A DNA stretch of 18,142 bases from Thainema sp. (GCA_052168235.1 JBQLZK010000099.1:1-18142); one strand, 5' to 3'. Positions 1 to 9,727 are shown, counted from the stretch's first letter. Numbers and translations: made by a program. The notes: generated by a model from the sequence alone, not told the origin.

Positions 1-37
1 TTGTTTTGTAGCGCGGCTCCGCCGCGCTACAAAACAA
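1..37. repeat. REP-like perfect palindrome, 17-bp arms, 3-nt loop (may extend beyond the window)
   Basis: TTGTTTTGTAGCGCGGC-TCC-GCCGCGCTACAAAACAA. Confidence 0.85.
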
Positions 38-74
38 TTTCCGATAAAGTCTAGTAAAGATTGCCAGCATTGCC

Positions 75-106
75 TTGACATTGACATTGATGTCAATGTT
101 TATCCT
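75..106 (+). promoter_or_regulatory. MerR-type (CoaR-like) promoter/operator of the P1B ATPase
   Basis: -35 TTGACA (75-80), 20-bp spacer, -10 TATCCT (101-106). A perfect dyad ACATTGACAT-TG-ATGTCAATGT (78-99) lies over the spacer, which is the MerR-family promoter architecture. Confidence 0.8.
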
Positions 107-136
107 GAAACGGTTGATTGATGGATTTTAGACGGT

Positions 137-2122
137 ATGGCTTGCAGTTTTCCAACTTTGGGACAGCGGCGGTTGCGGGATTGGGTGCAAACCTATGCAG
201 ATGCGATCGCAGCCGCGACGTGTGGGCTGCTCACCCTGTTGGGATGGTTGGCCCTAGGGGGCAACTGGATTAGCGTGGGAATTTGGGTTTTACTGGCGGC
301 TTACGTGATCGGCGGATTTGATAGCGCCCGTGAAGGCTTGACCACCCTCTGGCAGGAACGGGAACTGGATGTTGACCTGCTGATGATTGTTGCGGCAGTG
401 GGGGCGGCAGTGCTTGGGCTGTGGCAGCAGGAGTATTATCTGCTGGTGGACGGAGCAGTCCTAATTTTGATTTTTGCCATCAGCGGGGCACTGGAAAGCA
501 TTGCCACGCATCGGACGGAGCGGAACATCCGCAGTTTGATGCAGCTGACGCCAGATACGGCGAGGGTGATCGCGCAGGGACAAGAGCAAATGGTGGCAAC
601 CCAGCAGTTGCAGGTGTGCGATCGCATTCTTGTTAAACCGGGTGAACTGATTCCCACAGACGGTTTGGTTCAGGAAGGACACAGTGCCGTGAATCAGGCT
701 CCCATTACCGGAGAATCGATTCCGGTGGAGAAAACAGTGGGTGATGAGGTGTTTGCCGGCACCATCAACGGCAATGGAGCCTTGACCATTGACCTGCACA
801 AGCCGCCGGAGAGCAGCCTGATTCAGCGGGTGATTCGGCTGGTGGAGCAAGCTAAAACCTCTGCGCCGCCGTCTCAGCAGTTTCTAGAAACCTTTGAGCG
901 AGGCTATGCCAAAGTGATTGTGGGAGTAGGACTGCTGTTGGCGACTCTGCCGCCCCTGCTATTGCAGTGGGACTGGGAGACAACCATCTATCGGGCGCTG
1001 ATTTTTTTAGTGGTGGCCTCTCCCTGCGCGCTGATGACGGCGATTATGCCGACGCTGCTGTCTGGAATTGCGCGAGGGGCACGGCAGGGCATTTTGTTTA
1101 AAGATGGGGCGCAGCTAGAAACAGTGGGGCAGGTGCAGGCGATTGCCTTTGATAAAACCGGCACACTGACCACGGGTGTACTTCAGGTGAGCGATCTGAT
1201 TCCAGCACCCGGTGTCGATGCGAATCGAGTGCTGCAGATTGCGGCATCTTTAGAAGTTTATTCAGAACATCCCATTGCGGAAGCCGTGGTACAAGCTGCG
1301 CAGCGGCAGCAACTGCCATTGATTGCAGCTCAAGCGGTGCAAGCGGCAGCCGGCCAAGGCATTTCTGGCCTGATTGAAGGAGCCACTGTTCGTTTAGGGA
1401 AGCCTGAATTTGTCCTGATTAACCGAGCAACCGCAACCCTTACTAAAGGCTCATCACCACAACGCTTGGAGGCTGATCCCGCGATCGCACCTGATCTGTT
1501 CCAGACTGGCCAGCGACTTGAACAGGCTGGCAAGACAGTGATTTGGGTGAGTCAACAACAGCAGGTGCTGGGCTTACTGGCAGTTGCGGATCAGGTGCGT
1601 CCCACGGCCCCAAATTTACTTGAAAAACTACGGCAATTGGGCATTGCTGTGACGGTCATGCTCACAGGAGACAATGATGCCACGGCTCAGACCGTGGCTC
1701 AATCCGTCGGCGTCGATACCGTTTACGCCAACCTGCTGCCAGAGGATAAAGTCAGCGTGATTCAACAACTTCAGCAGCAGTATCGGACGGTTGCGATGGT
1801 AGGAGATGGCATCAATGATGCGCCCGCTCTGGCTCAAGCGTCCGTGGGTATTGCAATGGGGAGCGCAGGCAGCGATGTAGCGCTGGAAACCGCTGATATC
1901 GTGCTGATGGCTGATCGACTGGAAAAGCTGGAGCAGGCCATCCAAATTGGTAAAAAATCTCAGCGCATTATTCGGCAAAATATTGCGATCGCGCTTACGT
2001 CTATTGCTCTATTAATGGTGGCCAATTTCCTGGGCGAACTAACTCTGCCAGCTGGTGTTTTGGGCCATGAAGGCTCGACTCTGTTGGTGACGCTGAATGG
2101 GTTGAGGTTGTTGAAGGGCTAG
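137..2122 (+). CDS. coaT: Heavy-metal-translocating P1B-4 ATPase (CoaT/CadA-like, Co/Zn/Cd export)
   Basis: TGES, SPC, DKTGTLT, EHP, GDGINDAP and HEGST motifs, with no N-terminal metal-binding domain. The symbol is tentative and rests on subtype plus the MerR-type promoter. Confidence 0.9.
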   Translation: MACSFPTLGQRRLRDWVQTYADAIAAATCGLLTLLGWLALGGNWISVGIWVLLAAYVIGGFDSAREGLTTLWQERELDVDLLMIVAAVGAAVLGLWQQEYYLLVDGAVLILIFAISGALESIATHRTERNIRSLMQLTPDTARVIAQGQEQMVATQQLQVCDRILVKPGELIPTDGLVQEGHSAVNQAPITGESIPVEKTVGDEVFAGTINGNGALTIDLHKPPESSLIQRVIRLVEQAKTSAPPSQQFLETFERGYAKVIVGVGLLLATLPPLLLQWDWETTIYRALIFLVVASPCALMTAIMPTLLSGIARGARQGILFKDGAQLETVGQVQAIAFDKTGTLTTGVLQVSDLIPAPGVDANRVLQIAASLEVYSEHPIAEAVVQAAQRQQLPLIAAQAVQAAAGQGISGLIEGATVRLGKPEFVLINRATATLTKGSSPQRLEADPAIAPDLFQTGQRLEQAGKTVIWVSQQQQVLGLLAVADQVRPTAPNLLEKLRQLGIAVTVMLTGDNDATAQTVAQSVGVDTVYANLLPEDKVSVIQQLQQQYRTVAMVGDGINDAPALAQASVGIAMGSAGSDVALETADIVLMADRLEKLEQAIQIGKKSQRIIRQNIAIALTSIALLMVANFLGELTLPAGVLGHEGSTLLVTLNGLRLLKG

Positions 2123-2140
2123 AGGGCTAATACCGAGTTC

Positions 2141-2217
2141 GTGACAAAGTAGCCGAGTAATGTTGTAAAAGCCGCGCTGAGCGCGGCTTTTACAACATTA
2201 CTCGGCTACTTTGTCAC
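2141..2217. repeat. Perfect 37-bp-arm palindrome (REP/MITE-like) between convergent genes; may also act as a terminator
   Basis: 2141-2177 is the exact reverse complement of 2181-2217; loop TGA. Confidence 0.9.
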
Positions 2218-2218
2218 T

Positions 2219-2311
2219 TATAGTGATTCCAGTTAAGAGTGAGAAAACGAGAGAGGAGAGTGCCTCAAGATGAGGCACTCTCCTCTCTCGTTCTTACCTA
2301 GAACCGCTATA
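2219..2311. mobile_element. 93-bp MITE-like element with IS630-like TA-flanked ends and an internal 22-bp palindrome
   Basis: Terminal inverted repeats match at 16/20 (TATAGTGATTCCAGTTAAGA / TCTTACCTAGAACCGCTATA). Internal perfect IR at 2246-2292. The right end is identical over 12 nt to the reverse complement of 18091-18102. Confidence 0.6.
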
Positions 2312-2329
2312 TTTTGTTACTGAACTTAA

Positions 2330-3478
2330 CTATTTACTGAGGACTTCACTTGCCGCAGCGATGCCTGCGCCGGAGGTAAAGCCATCGTGACCTAATTCAA
2401 ACAGAGTGGCTTCTAAAGCTGCGATCGCAGTTAGGATGTCGCGATCGTTGACAAAGCCCAGATGACCAATCCGGAAGATCTTGCCTTTCAGGTGATCCTG
2501 GCCACCCGCCAGGGCAATGTCGTACTTCTTCTTCATGATGCCGCGTACGGCTTCCGCGTCTACGGACTGGGGCATCACAGCCGTAATGGCGGGGCTAGCG
2601 CAGTCGTCACCACCAAACAGCGGTAGGCTCATGGCTTTCATAGCGGCACGGGTCGCGGTCTTATGGCGAGCATGACGCGCAAAGATCGACTCTAGTCCTT
2701 CTGCCTTCATCATCTCTAACGCAGCGTGTAGACCGAAATAGAGATTAATTGGCGGTGTAAACGGTGTGGAATTCTTAGCAGCCGCTTTGCGGTACTTGCC
2801 CAAATCAAGATAGAACTTAGGCAGCGTAGCAGTTTCATAGGCTTGCCACGCTTTTTCGCTCACGCTTACGAAACCGAGTCCTGGCGGCATCATAAAGCCT
2901 TTCTGCGAACCGGAACCGACTACGTCTAAGCCCCACTCATCGATGGAGATGTTATAAGCGCCCAGGCTGGTAACTGCATCCACGATAATCAGCGCACCGT
3001 GGGCTTTCACATAGCTATTGATGGTCTCCAGGTCGTTCAACACACCCGTTGAGGTTTCGCTGTGGGTGATGATGACGGCTTTGATGGATTTGTCGGTGTC
3101 AGCTTCTAGGGCTTGACGGAATGCTTCTGGATCGAGCGGTTTGCCCCATTCGGCGGAAATGACTTCGGTGTTCACACCGTAGGCTTGACAAATCTTGGCC
3201 CAGCGATCGCCAAATTTGCCATTGACGCCGACCAACACGCGATCGCCTGCACTCAAAAAGTTAATAATACCGGCTTCCATTGCGCCAGTGCCGCTAGCGG
3301 CCAGCGTCAGCACGTCGTTCTTTGTCTGGTGAAGCCACTGCAGACTGGCGTTAATCTCGCCAATCATGGCGCTAAATTCACCGCTGCGATGGCCAATGGG
3401 GTGTTTTGCGATCGCACGCAGTACTGTTTCGGGCACGGGCGTGGGACCCGGAATCATCAGCATCAGCTTGTCGTCCAT
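2330..3478 (-). CDS. Class V PLP aminotransferase, alanine-glyoxylate/serine-pyruvate family (cyanobacterial 'soluble hydrogenase 42 kDa subunit' type)
   Basis: MDDKLMLMIPGPTPVP start (ATG at 3478), plus HSETSTG, DAVTS, SGSQKG and FRIGHLG motifs. Confidence 0.92.
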   Translation of the reverse strand: MDDKLMLMIPGPTPVPETVLRAIAKHPIGHRSGEFSAMIGEINASLQWLHQTKNDVLTLAASGTGAMEAGIINFLSAGDRVLVGVNGKFGDRWAKICQAYGVNTEVISAEWGKPLDPEAFRQALEADTDKSIKAVIITHSETSTGVLNDLETINSYVKAHGALIIVDAVTSLGAYNISIDEWGLDVVGSGSQKGFMMPPGLGFVSVSEKAWQAYETATLPKFYLDLGKYRKAAAKNSTPFTPPINLYFGLHAALEMMKAEGLESIFARHARHKTATRAAMKAMSLPLFGGDDCASPAITAVMPQSVDAEAVRGIMKKKYDIALAGGQDHLKGKIFRIGHLGFVNDRDILTAIAALEATLFELGHDGFTSGAGIAAASEVLSK

Positions 3479-3833
3479 GTGTCTGTCCTGCTTGTACAAT
3501 TGTGGGTCAAATTTTTGGCGTACTATCCAGGATCGCACAAGTTGCTCAGGTCAGACGACTGAGATATCTGCTAGATGTCAACAAGGCATGAGTAAGCTGA
3601 GATCGCGCTGCAATCTCTGCGGTTTGTTGGCAAAGTTCCGATAGCATCGACTACTCAGCCATCATGTGTAGAGAATAGGCGAGTAACTTACAACGTCTAA
3701 TATGCCTAAATTATTGCCGTTTACTGCATCGATTAACGTATGTGAGCATTCGTAATGCATAACATCGATTGACCTGGGGTAAGAGCCGATAGGATAGTTG
3801 ACAGTGCGTTTTACTCAATAGCCAGGACAAACT

Positions 3834-5171
3834 ATGACGCCTGCCACTTCTTCTGCGATTAATCTCGACCCGTTTTGGATGCCGTTTACCGCCAATCGGC
3901 AGTTTAAGGCCAAACCCCGTATGCTGGTGGCAGCCAACGGCATGTACTACACCAGTGACGATGGTCGTCAGATCCTAGACGGTACGGCTGGATTGTGGTG
4001 CGTCAATGCGGGGCACTGTCGTCCCCGGATTGTGGAAGCGGTGCAGCGGCAGGTGGCGCAGATGGACTATGCGCCGACGTTTCAGATGGGGCATCCGGCT
4101 CCGTTTCAGTTGGCGGAACGCTTGGTGGACATGCTGCCGGAGGGCTACAGCCAGGTATTCTATGCCAATTCCGGGTCAGAGGCAGTGGATACGGCGCTGA
4201 AGATTGCTTTGGCCTATCATCGGGTGCGGGGTGAAGCTTCGCGTCAGCGGCTGATTGGGCGTGAACGCGGCTATCACGGGGTTGGGTTCGGCGGCATTTC
4301 AGTGGGCGGCATTAGCGGCAATCGTAAACTGTTCGGTAGCTTATTGACTGGAGTAGATCACCTGCCGCATACGCATAACCTGGAACAGAATGCCTTTAGT
4401 CGGGGACAGCCTGCTTGGGGGGCTCACCTGGCGGATGAGCTGGAGCGGATCATTGCGCTGCACGACCCGTCGAATATTGCCGCTGTAATTGTGGAACCTG
4501 TCGCGGGTTCGACGGGCGTGCTGATTCCGCCCAAGGGATACTTAGAACGGCTGCGCCAGATCTGCGATCGCACAGGTATTCTATTAATTTTTGACGAAGT
4601 AATCACCGGATTCGGTCGGCTGGGAAGCAGTTTCGCCACGGACTATTTTGGCGTAAAGCCGGATTTGATCACCGTCGCCAAGGGGATTACCAACGGCACG
4701 ATTCCGATGGGCGCGGTGTTTGTTCGGGAAGGGATTTATGAAGCGTTTCTAGAGAGTACGGCGACCGGGATTGAGTTTGCTCACGGTTATACCTATTCGG
4801 GGCATCCGGTTGCCTGTGCGGCGGCGATGGCGACGCTGGATGTGTATGAAGAGGAGCAGCTCTTTCAGCGAGCGGCGGATCTGTCGGACTATTTTGCCGA
4901 TGCAGCCCATGCGCTGCGGGGTTTGCCGCATGTGATTGACATTCGCAATATTGGTTTAGTAGCGGCAATTGAGCTAGAGCCAATCCCTGGGCAGCCATCA
5001 GTTAGAGCGATGACGGCCCTCCAGCGCTGCTTTGAGCAGGGGCTCCTGATTCGCACGACCGCTGACATCATTGCCCTGTCGCCGCCGCTGATGATTGATA
5101 AGTCACAAATTGATCAGATGTTCGATACGCTGGCAGCAGTGCTGCGGGATTTACCCGCCGATTCTGATTGA
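3834..5171 (+). CDS. Class III PLP aminotransferase, omega-amino acid/beta-alanine:pyruvate type
   Basis: FWMPFTANRQF, GLWCVNAGH, NSGSEAVDTALK, FDEVITGFGR, AKG and HGYTYSGHP motifs. Confidence 0.92.
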   Translation: MTPATSSAINLDPFWMPFTANRQFKAKPRMLVAANGMYYTSDDGRQILDGTAGLWCVNAGHCRPRIVEAVQRQVAQMDYAPTFQMGHPAPFQLAERLVDMLPEGYSQVFYANSGSEAVDTALKIALAYHRVRGEASRQRLIGRERGYHGVGFGGISVGGISGNRKLFGSLLTGVDHLPHTHNLEQNAFSRGQPAWGAHLADELERIIALHDPSNIAAVIVEPVAGSTGVLIPPKGYLERLRQICDRTGILLIFDEVITGFGRLGSSFATDYFGVKPDLITVAKGITNGTIPMGAVFVREGIYEAFLESTATGIEFAHGYTYSGHPVACAAAMATLDVYEEEQLFQRAADLSDYFADAAHALRGLPHVIDIRNIGLVAAIELEPIPGQPSVRAMTALQRCFEQGLLIRTTADIIALSPPLMIDKSQIDQMFDTLAAVLRDLPADSD

Positions 5172-5328
5172 CGCTGTAGGAGTGGCCGAATGTGCATCAA
5201 CTCTAACTGTCGCGGTGCATGTAATGTAACCGACTGTATGAGGCAATCCCGAATTTGAGCCAATCAGGAGATAATCGGAACAATCCAGCAGCGATGCTGA
5301 TTACGTTCTCCTGACTCTCCTCAGTCCT

Positions 5329-6519
5329 ATGAATCGCTTTTTGCTTTCTCCACCTCGACTTCGAATTGGCGAAACGGCTGAAAATCAGCCGCGTCATGCC
5401 ACCTGGCTTGAACTGTTCTACGACTTGGTCTTTGTAGTTGCCGTTTCGCAGCTTGCCCATGAACTGGGGCAAAACGTGACGATAGCCGGATTTGCGGGAT
5501 TTGTGGCACTGTTCATTCCAGTATGGTGGGCCTGGATTGGCACCACGTTCTATGCCAATCGGTTTGACAGCGACAACGTGGTGCGACGGGTGCTAATGGG
5601 GCTGCAAATGCTGGCGATCGCATCTCTGGCGGTCAATGTGCATCACGGTTTGGGAGAGTCATCGGCAGGGTTTGCCTTATCCTACACAGCGGCACGATTT
5701 GTGCTGGTGCTGGAATATCTCTGGGCGGGCTGGTGCATTCCGGTGGCACGGGGACTGGCGACGCGATATTCGATTGGATTTGCGATCGCGGCCACGCTGT
5801 GGCTAGTTTCAGCCTTCCTGCCAGTGCCGTGGCGGTTTGTGCTCTGGGGCGCAGGACTGGTAATTGATTTCGCGACACCGTTCACAGCGCTCCAGTTTCA
5901 GCGTCAGCTCCCGCCCCATACGGAGCATTTGCCGGAGCGGTTTGGCCTGTTCACAATCATTGTCTTGGGAGAGGCGATTATTGCGGTGGTCAATGGCGTT
6001 TCGGAAGTTGAGTGGACGTGGATGAACGGCTTGACGACTGTGTTTGGCTTTGTGATGGCGTTTTGCCTGTGGTGGCTCTACTTTGAGAACGTCAGCGGGA
6101 CGGCATTGAATCAGCTCCGATCTTCTGGAAAGCTGTTTTGGGCGCAGGTCTGGCTGTATGTGCATCTGCCGCTGGTGATTGGCCTAGCGGCGGCAGGCGT
6201 TGGCGTGGAGCAGATGATTGTCAGCCAGGATGCCGTAGCTCTGCCGACGCCGGAACGCTGGCTAATCTGCGGCTCTGTCGCACTGTACTATCTGGCGCTG
6301 TCTATCCTGCACCGCTCCGGCATTATCTACTTCTGCAAAGCCCGCACCAAGCACCGCTTAGCAGCTGTGATGATTTTGCTGGTACTTGCGATCGCAGGCG
6401 TGTCGCTGCTGCCAATTACGGTAATGGGGCTGATTGCGCTGATCAGCATTGTGCAGGTGATGCTGGATATTTACCAAGGAAAGGCCGTTGTTCCATCACC
6501 CAGCTTGGCGAGTGAGTAA
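5329..6519 (+). CDS. Low-temperature requirement protein A (LtrA) family membrane protein
   Basis: ATWLELFYDLVFV and HLPERFGLFTIIVLGE signatures; multiple hydrophobic helices. Confidence 0.88.
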   Translation: MNRFLLSPPRLRIGETAENQPRHATWLELFYDLVFVVAVSQLAHELGQNVTIAGFAGFVALFIPVWWAWIGTTFYANRFDSDNVVRRVLMGLQMLAIASLAVNVHHGLGESSAGFALSYTAARFVLVLEYLWAGWCIPVARGLATRYSIGFAIAATLWLVSAFLPVPWRFVLWGAGLVIDFATPFTALQFQRQLPPHTEHLPERFGLFTIIVLGEAIIAVVNGVSEVEWTWMNGLTTVFGFVMAFCLWWLYFENVSGTALNQLRSSGKLFWAQVWLYVHLPLVIGLAAAGVGVEQMIVSQDAVALPTPERWLICGSVALYYLALSILHRSGIIYFCKARTKHRLAAVMILLVLAIAGVSLLPITVMGLIALISIVQVMLDIYQGKAVVPSPSLASE

Positions 6520-6562
6520 GAAACCGGGTTTCTTTGAAATGCATGTGCTTTTTGCATCACTA

Positions 6563-6678
6563 GGAGATCCCCCGCTGTCGCCGCCCCCTTAAAAAAGGGG
6601 CTATTCACAGGTTGGCTCAAAGTTTCCCTTTTTCTAGGCGGAGCCATGCCCGAAGGGCTATAGGGAGATTTGGAGCTC
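6563..6678. repeat. Cyanobacterial CCCCCTTAAAAAAGGGG-type intergenic repeat carrying a 26-nt double-hairpin (SDR-like) insert at 6635-6660
   Basis: CCCCCTT-AAAA-AAGGGG hairpin, then TTTCCCTTTTTC [TA GGC GGA GCC AT GCCC GAA GGGC TA] TAGGGAGATTTGG. Confidence 0.6.
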
Positions 6679-6722
6679 ACAACATGCAACGCCAAACAGG
6701 TGCTTTGACACCCGATTTCTAA

Positions 6723-7730
6723 TCAAAAATGCTGAAATCCGGTTTGTAAGTCTAAAACTAAATCATCATATTTACCCGATTGATCTCGCACAACAACTTC
6801 CGGCTGTGTCGTTGTGTGACCGACAATTGCCGCACCGTTACCCAGTTTTTCAACCAGCGCTTCGGCTAAGGACGAGTCCAGACAGAACACCAGTTCAAAA
6901 TCTTCGCCGCCGTAGAGCGTCCAGTCTACCGCTTGTTCAGCCGATACCCAATCTATTAAGGCAGGCGGAATCGGCAACTGCGATCGCACTAGTTCAGCGC
7001 CCACTCCACTGGCGGCACAGATTTGCAAAACGGCATTGGCCAATCCGTCACTGCTATCCATTGCGGCAACTGCGGTTTTACCAAATTGTCCCTCTTCAGC
7101 CAGCAACTGGCGCAAACACTGGACGGCATCAAAACGAGGGATGGGTCGCTGGTGGGCTTGAATGAAGGTCTGGCGATTGGCAGGCGTTAGCTCTGAACTG
7201 CGATCGGGATGAAGCAAGAGTTCCAACCCCGCCCGTGAGGCACCGTGAACTCCAGTGACAACAATCGCCTGCTCAGGCTGAGCTGCATCGCGTCGCCAAA
7301 CCTGATCAGGCTGAACCGTGCCCAGTGCTGTAATTGCCAACGTGATTAGCGGTGCCCGACAGATATCGCCACCGAGAATTGCGCCGCCGTGAGCCGCTAA
7401 GCAGTCAGCCATGCCCTGATACACCTGAGTAACCCATTCCACGTCAGTATCTCCGGATAGACTCAGGCCAACGGTAATCCCTAGCGGTGCGGCTCCCATT
7501 GCGGCCAGGTCGGATAAATTCGCTGCCGTGGCTCGCCAGCCGATATCGGTTGGCGATGTGGTGCGATCGCTAAAATGAACGCCATCGACTAGCACGTCTG
7601 TGGTGACAACGGTAGATTTTCCAGCGGGAATATCAATGACAGCGGCATCATCACCAACCAAGTCGGCAGCGCAAAACGGTTGGATGCGCTTGAGCAGTCC
7701 TAGTTCGCCAATATCTTTAACTAAAGTCAC
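6723..7730 (-). CDS. thiL: Thiamine-monophosphate kinase
   Basis: GE..LL, VGDDAA, DVLVDGVHF, NLSDLAAMGA, GGD, MDSSDGL, GGEDFEL motifs and C-terminal GFQHF. Confidence 0.96.
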   Translation of the reverse strand: MTLVKDIGELGLLKRIQPFCAADLVGDDAAVIDIPAGKSTVVTTDVLVDGVHFSDRTTSPTDIGWRATAANLSDLAAMGAAPLGITVGLSLSGDTDVEWVTQVYQGMADCLAAHGGAILGGDICRAPLITLAITALGTVQPDQVWRRDAAQPEQAIVVTGVHGASRAGLELLLHPDRSSELTPANRQTFIQAHQRPIPRFDAVQCLRQLLAEEGQFGKTAVAAMDSSDGLANAVLQICAASGVGAELVRSQLPIPPALIDWVSAEQAVDWTLYGGEDFELVFCLDSSLAEALVEKLGNGAAIVGHTTTQPEVVVRDQSGKYDDLVLDLQTGFQHF

Positions 7731-7796
7731 GGGTCATCTTCCCATAGGATTCACGCTTGATACCTGGTGAAGCAAGGCTCCAGTTGAAAACCCATG

Positions 7797-7847
7797 ATTT
7801 ATTGTTTGCGAAACGCTTGCTAAGCAAGCGTTTCGCAAACAATAAAT
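7797..7847. repeat. REP-like perfect palindrome, 24-bp arms, 3-nt loop
   Basis: ATTTATTGTTTGCGAAACGCTTGC-TAA-GCAAGCGTTTCGCAAACAATAAAT. Confidence 0.85.
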
Positions 7848-7877
7848 TGGGTCCTTATACGCGGCTTCTCAATAACT

Positions 7878-9374
7878 ACACGACTTGGCAATCTTCTCAT
7901 TTTTAGAGCTAGAGAGAATCATGGCTTAAGCAGGCATGAGCACCTCCACGACTTGCGCAACCGATTGGCCCTGGGCAAAGAGTGACTGGCATAGCTGCAC
8001 GAGGGGATGAAAGGCTTGGCGAGTCAATCCATAGAGCTTCTGGCCAATGCTTGGCGTTGTGCTTGCAAAGCTCAACTTTTCAGATGTTCCCCCAGCCACC
8101 GGAGCAGTCTGGAGGAACGACTGCGCCAAGCAACTTAAACAGACGTGGCGGTTGACCGCATCCTCGTTGCGGAGCTGAGCCGATTCCAGGCCACAGATGG
8201 CTTTGGTAAACTCATGAAAAATCTCACAGGGCCAGCGATAGCTCCAGGTGATGGCAATGCGCTAGACATCCCAGTGTAGGGCATCGGTCACTAAAAAGCG
8301 GGGGGAATCGGTCAATTCCTGGGTTTGATGAACAATGACAATCCGTTTGCGTCCGATTGTCTTGAGGCGTACGACTTTGCTAAAGGCCCAAATCTCTTTC
8401 ACTTCGCCGTTGCGTTGGCGGATACGGTAATGCCGAAACAACTGGGCAGATTCGGTACGAAGCTGGTGAGCCACTTGGTCAATACGAGTCCATTGGTTGT
8501 GCCAGAGACCGAGCGATTATAGGCCAGTTCACTCACCCAATGCTTCCCCAACCCCTCAATGAGAGTCGTTAACTCTGCCGCACACACGCCTGCATCAAAG
8601 GCATAATCGGCGGTGGGAAACTGCCCTTCTGCTTCGATTTGCCTGACCATCGCCATCAGGAGTTCTGTGCGGGTTTGATACGCCTCTCGATTCCGCTGGT
8701 AGGCGACCAACTCACTCAATCGCTCCATCACGGCGGCGATACTGTCGTACTCGTCTGGATGAGTCATCGTCAGATAGTCCAGTTCTTCGGCTTCCCATTT
8801 GGCCGCTTGCACGGCTACCGCTATGCCATCGTGTCGCTCTCGATTGGCGACCACGGCAGTCAGAATCGTCTGATAGTGGCTCATGCATCCCTGGACATAA
8901 TCGTACTGGCGTTTGACTCCATAAATTTGTTTGCCCCGTTCATGATGCCCCAATGTCCAATCTAGGCTAATCACCAAGCGCTCGGTCTCGCTATGCTGCT
9001 GCCCCACCTGCTGACGGTAGCGCGTCATTAACGACTCCCACTCCCACGGCGACTCGAAGACCCCAGCGGGCATCGCTCGGCGACCGGAGAGCGGGCGTTC
9101 TTCTGTCGAAACAAACTGGCTGTCAATCCCTTGCAGGGTTTTGTTCTCGCTCAGCAGTAAACCGCTGATGTATCGGCTGACATGCTCAAATCCGGCTTGA
9201 CGAGCAAAGAGATCTCGGTAGGCCGCCATCCCGGCTTCAATCGTGCTGGGTATCCCGACTAGTGGAAGCATCGGTTTCTGCGGTGTTTAACTCTACTATC
9301 TGCATCATCGCTGATTGCGATCGCTCCTAGAGACACATCTTCGGTTTATCTCACTAAACTTTGCCAAGTTGTGT
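7878..9374 (-). mobile_element. IS701-family insertion sequence (about 1.5 kb), inactivated
   Basis: Terminal IRs ACACGACTTGGCAA (7878-7891) and TTGCCAAGTTGTGT (9361-9374) match at 13/14 and enclose a DDE transposase. No matching target duplication is visible. Confidence 0.75.
7926..9271 (-). pseudogene. IS701-type DDE transposase pseudogene
   Basis: YISGLL..NKTLQGI, LDWT, FDAG and YRWPCEIFHEF motifs are split across ORFs by a frameshift near 8505 and an in-frame TAG at 8262-8264. Confidence 0.8.
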
Positions 9375-9727
9375 GAGTACATCCTCGTTCAAACACAGAG
9401 TGGGTGAATTGCGCCCCAGTCAAATTTTGTTCACCTATGGCATTGGTGAGATCGCAGATTTGCCCAATCTTTCGGTAATGGTCATGGGGTTAGAGGGTTG
9501 GGACAAAACGCACACCACTAAATTGAATGAGGAACGATTGCTGGCAGCCGTACGCCAGGAGTTGGGAAACCAGGTTAAAGACCTACGCTCTCCACCCATT
9601 CCTCCAGATACGGATGTTGCCTATGATCCGTTTGATGAAGCAGTTCGTATTGGGATTCCAGTCGCACCATTTCCTACTTGGATGGTTTGTCCCCGTTGCC
9701 GTTTACTGGCCCCTTTGCAATCTCTTC
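9373..9727 (+). pseudogene. drmB: 5' fragment of a DISARM DrmB-like (DUF1998 family) gene, truncated by the IS3 element
   Basis: VGELRPSQILFTYGIGEIADLP..SVMVMGL.GW...EERL...GIPVAPFPTWMVCPRCRLL matches the DrmB N-terminus as recalled. Similarity stops at the IS3 end (9728). Confidence 0.7.

Noticed and set aside
3479..3538. 20-aa N-terminal extension of the class V aminotransferase
   Set aside because: The family-typical start is MDDKLMLMIPGPTP at 3478; the upstream TTG start is unsupported.
3660..3830. NtcA site upstream of the omega-aminotransferase
   Set aside because: No exact GTA-N8-TAC found, only partial matches.
421..7165. Antisense or alternative-frame ORFs overlapping the housekeeping genes (likewise within rfbACD)
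   Set aside because: Shadow ORFs of well-supported genes with no recognisable motifs.
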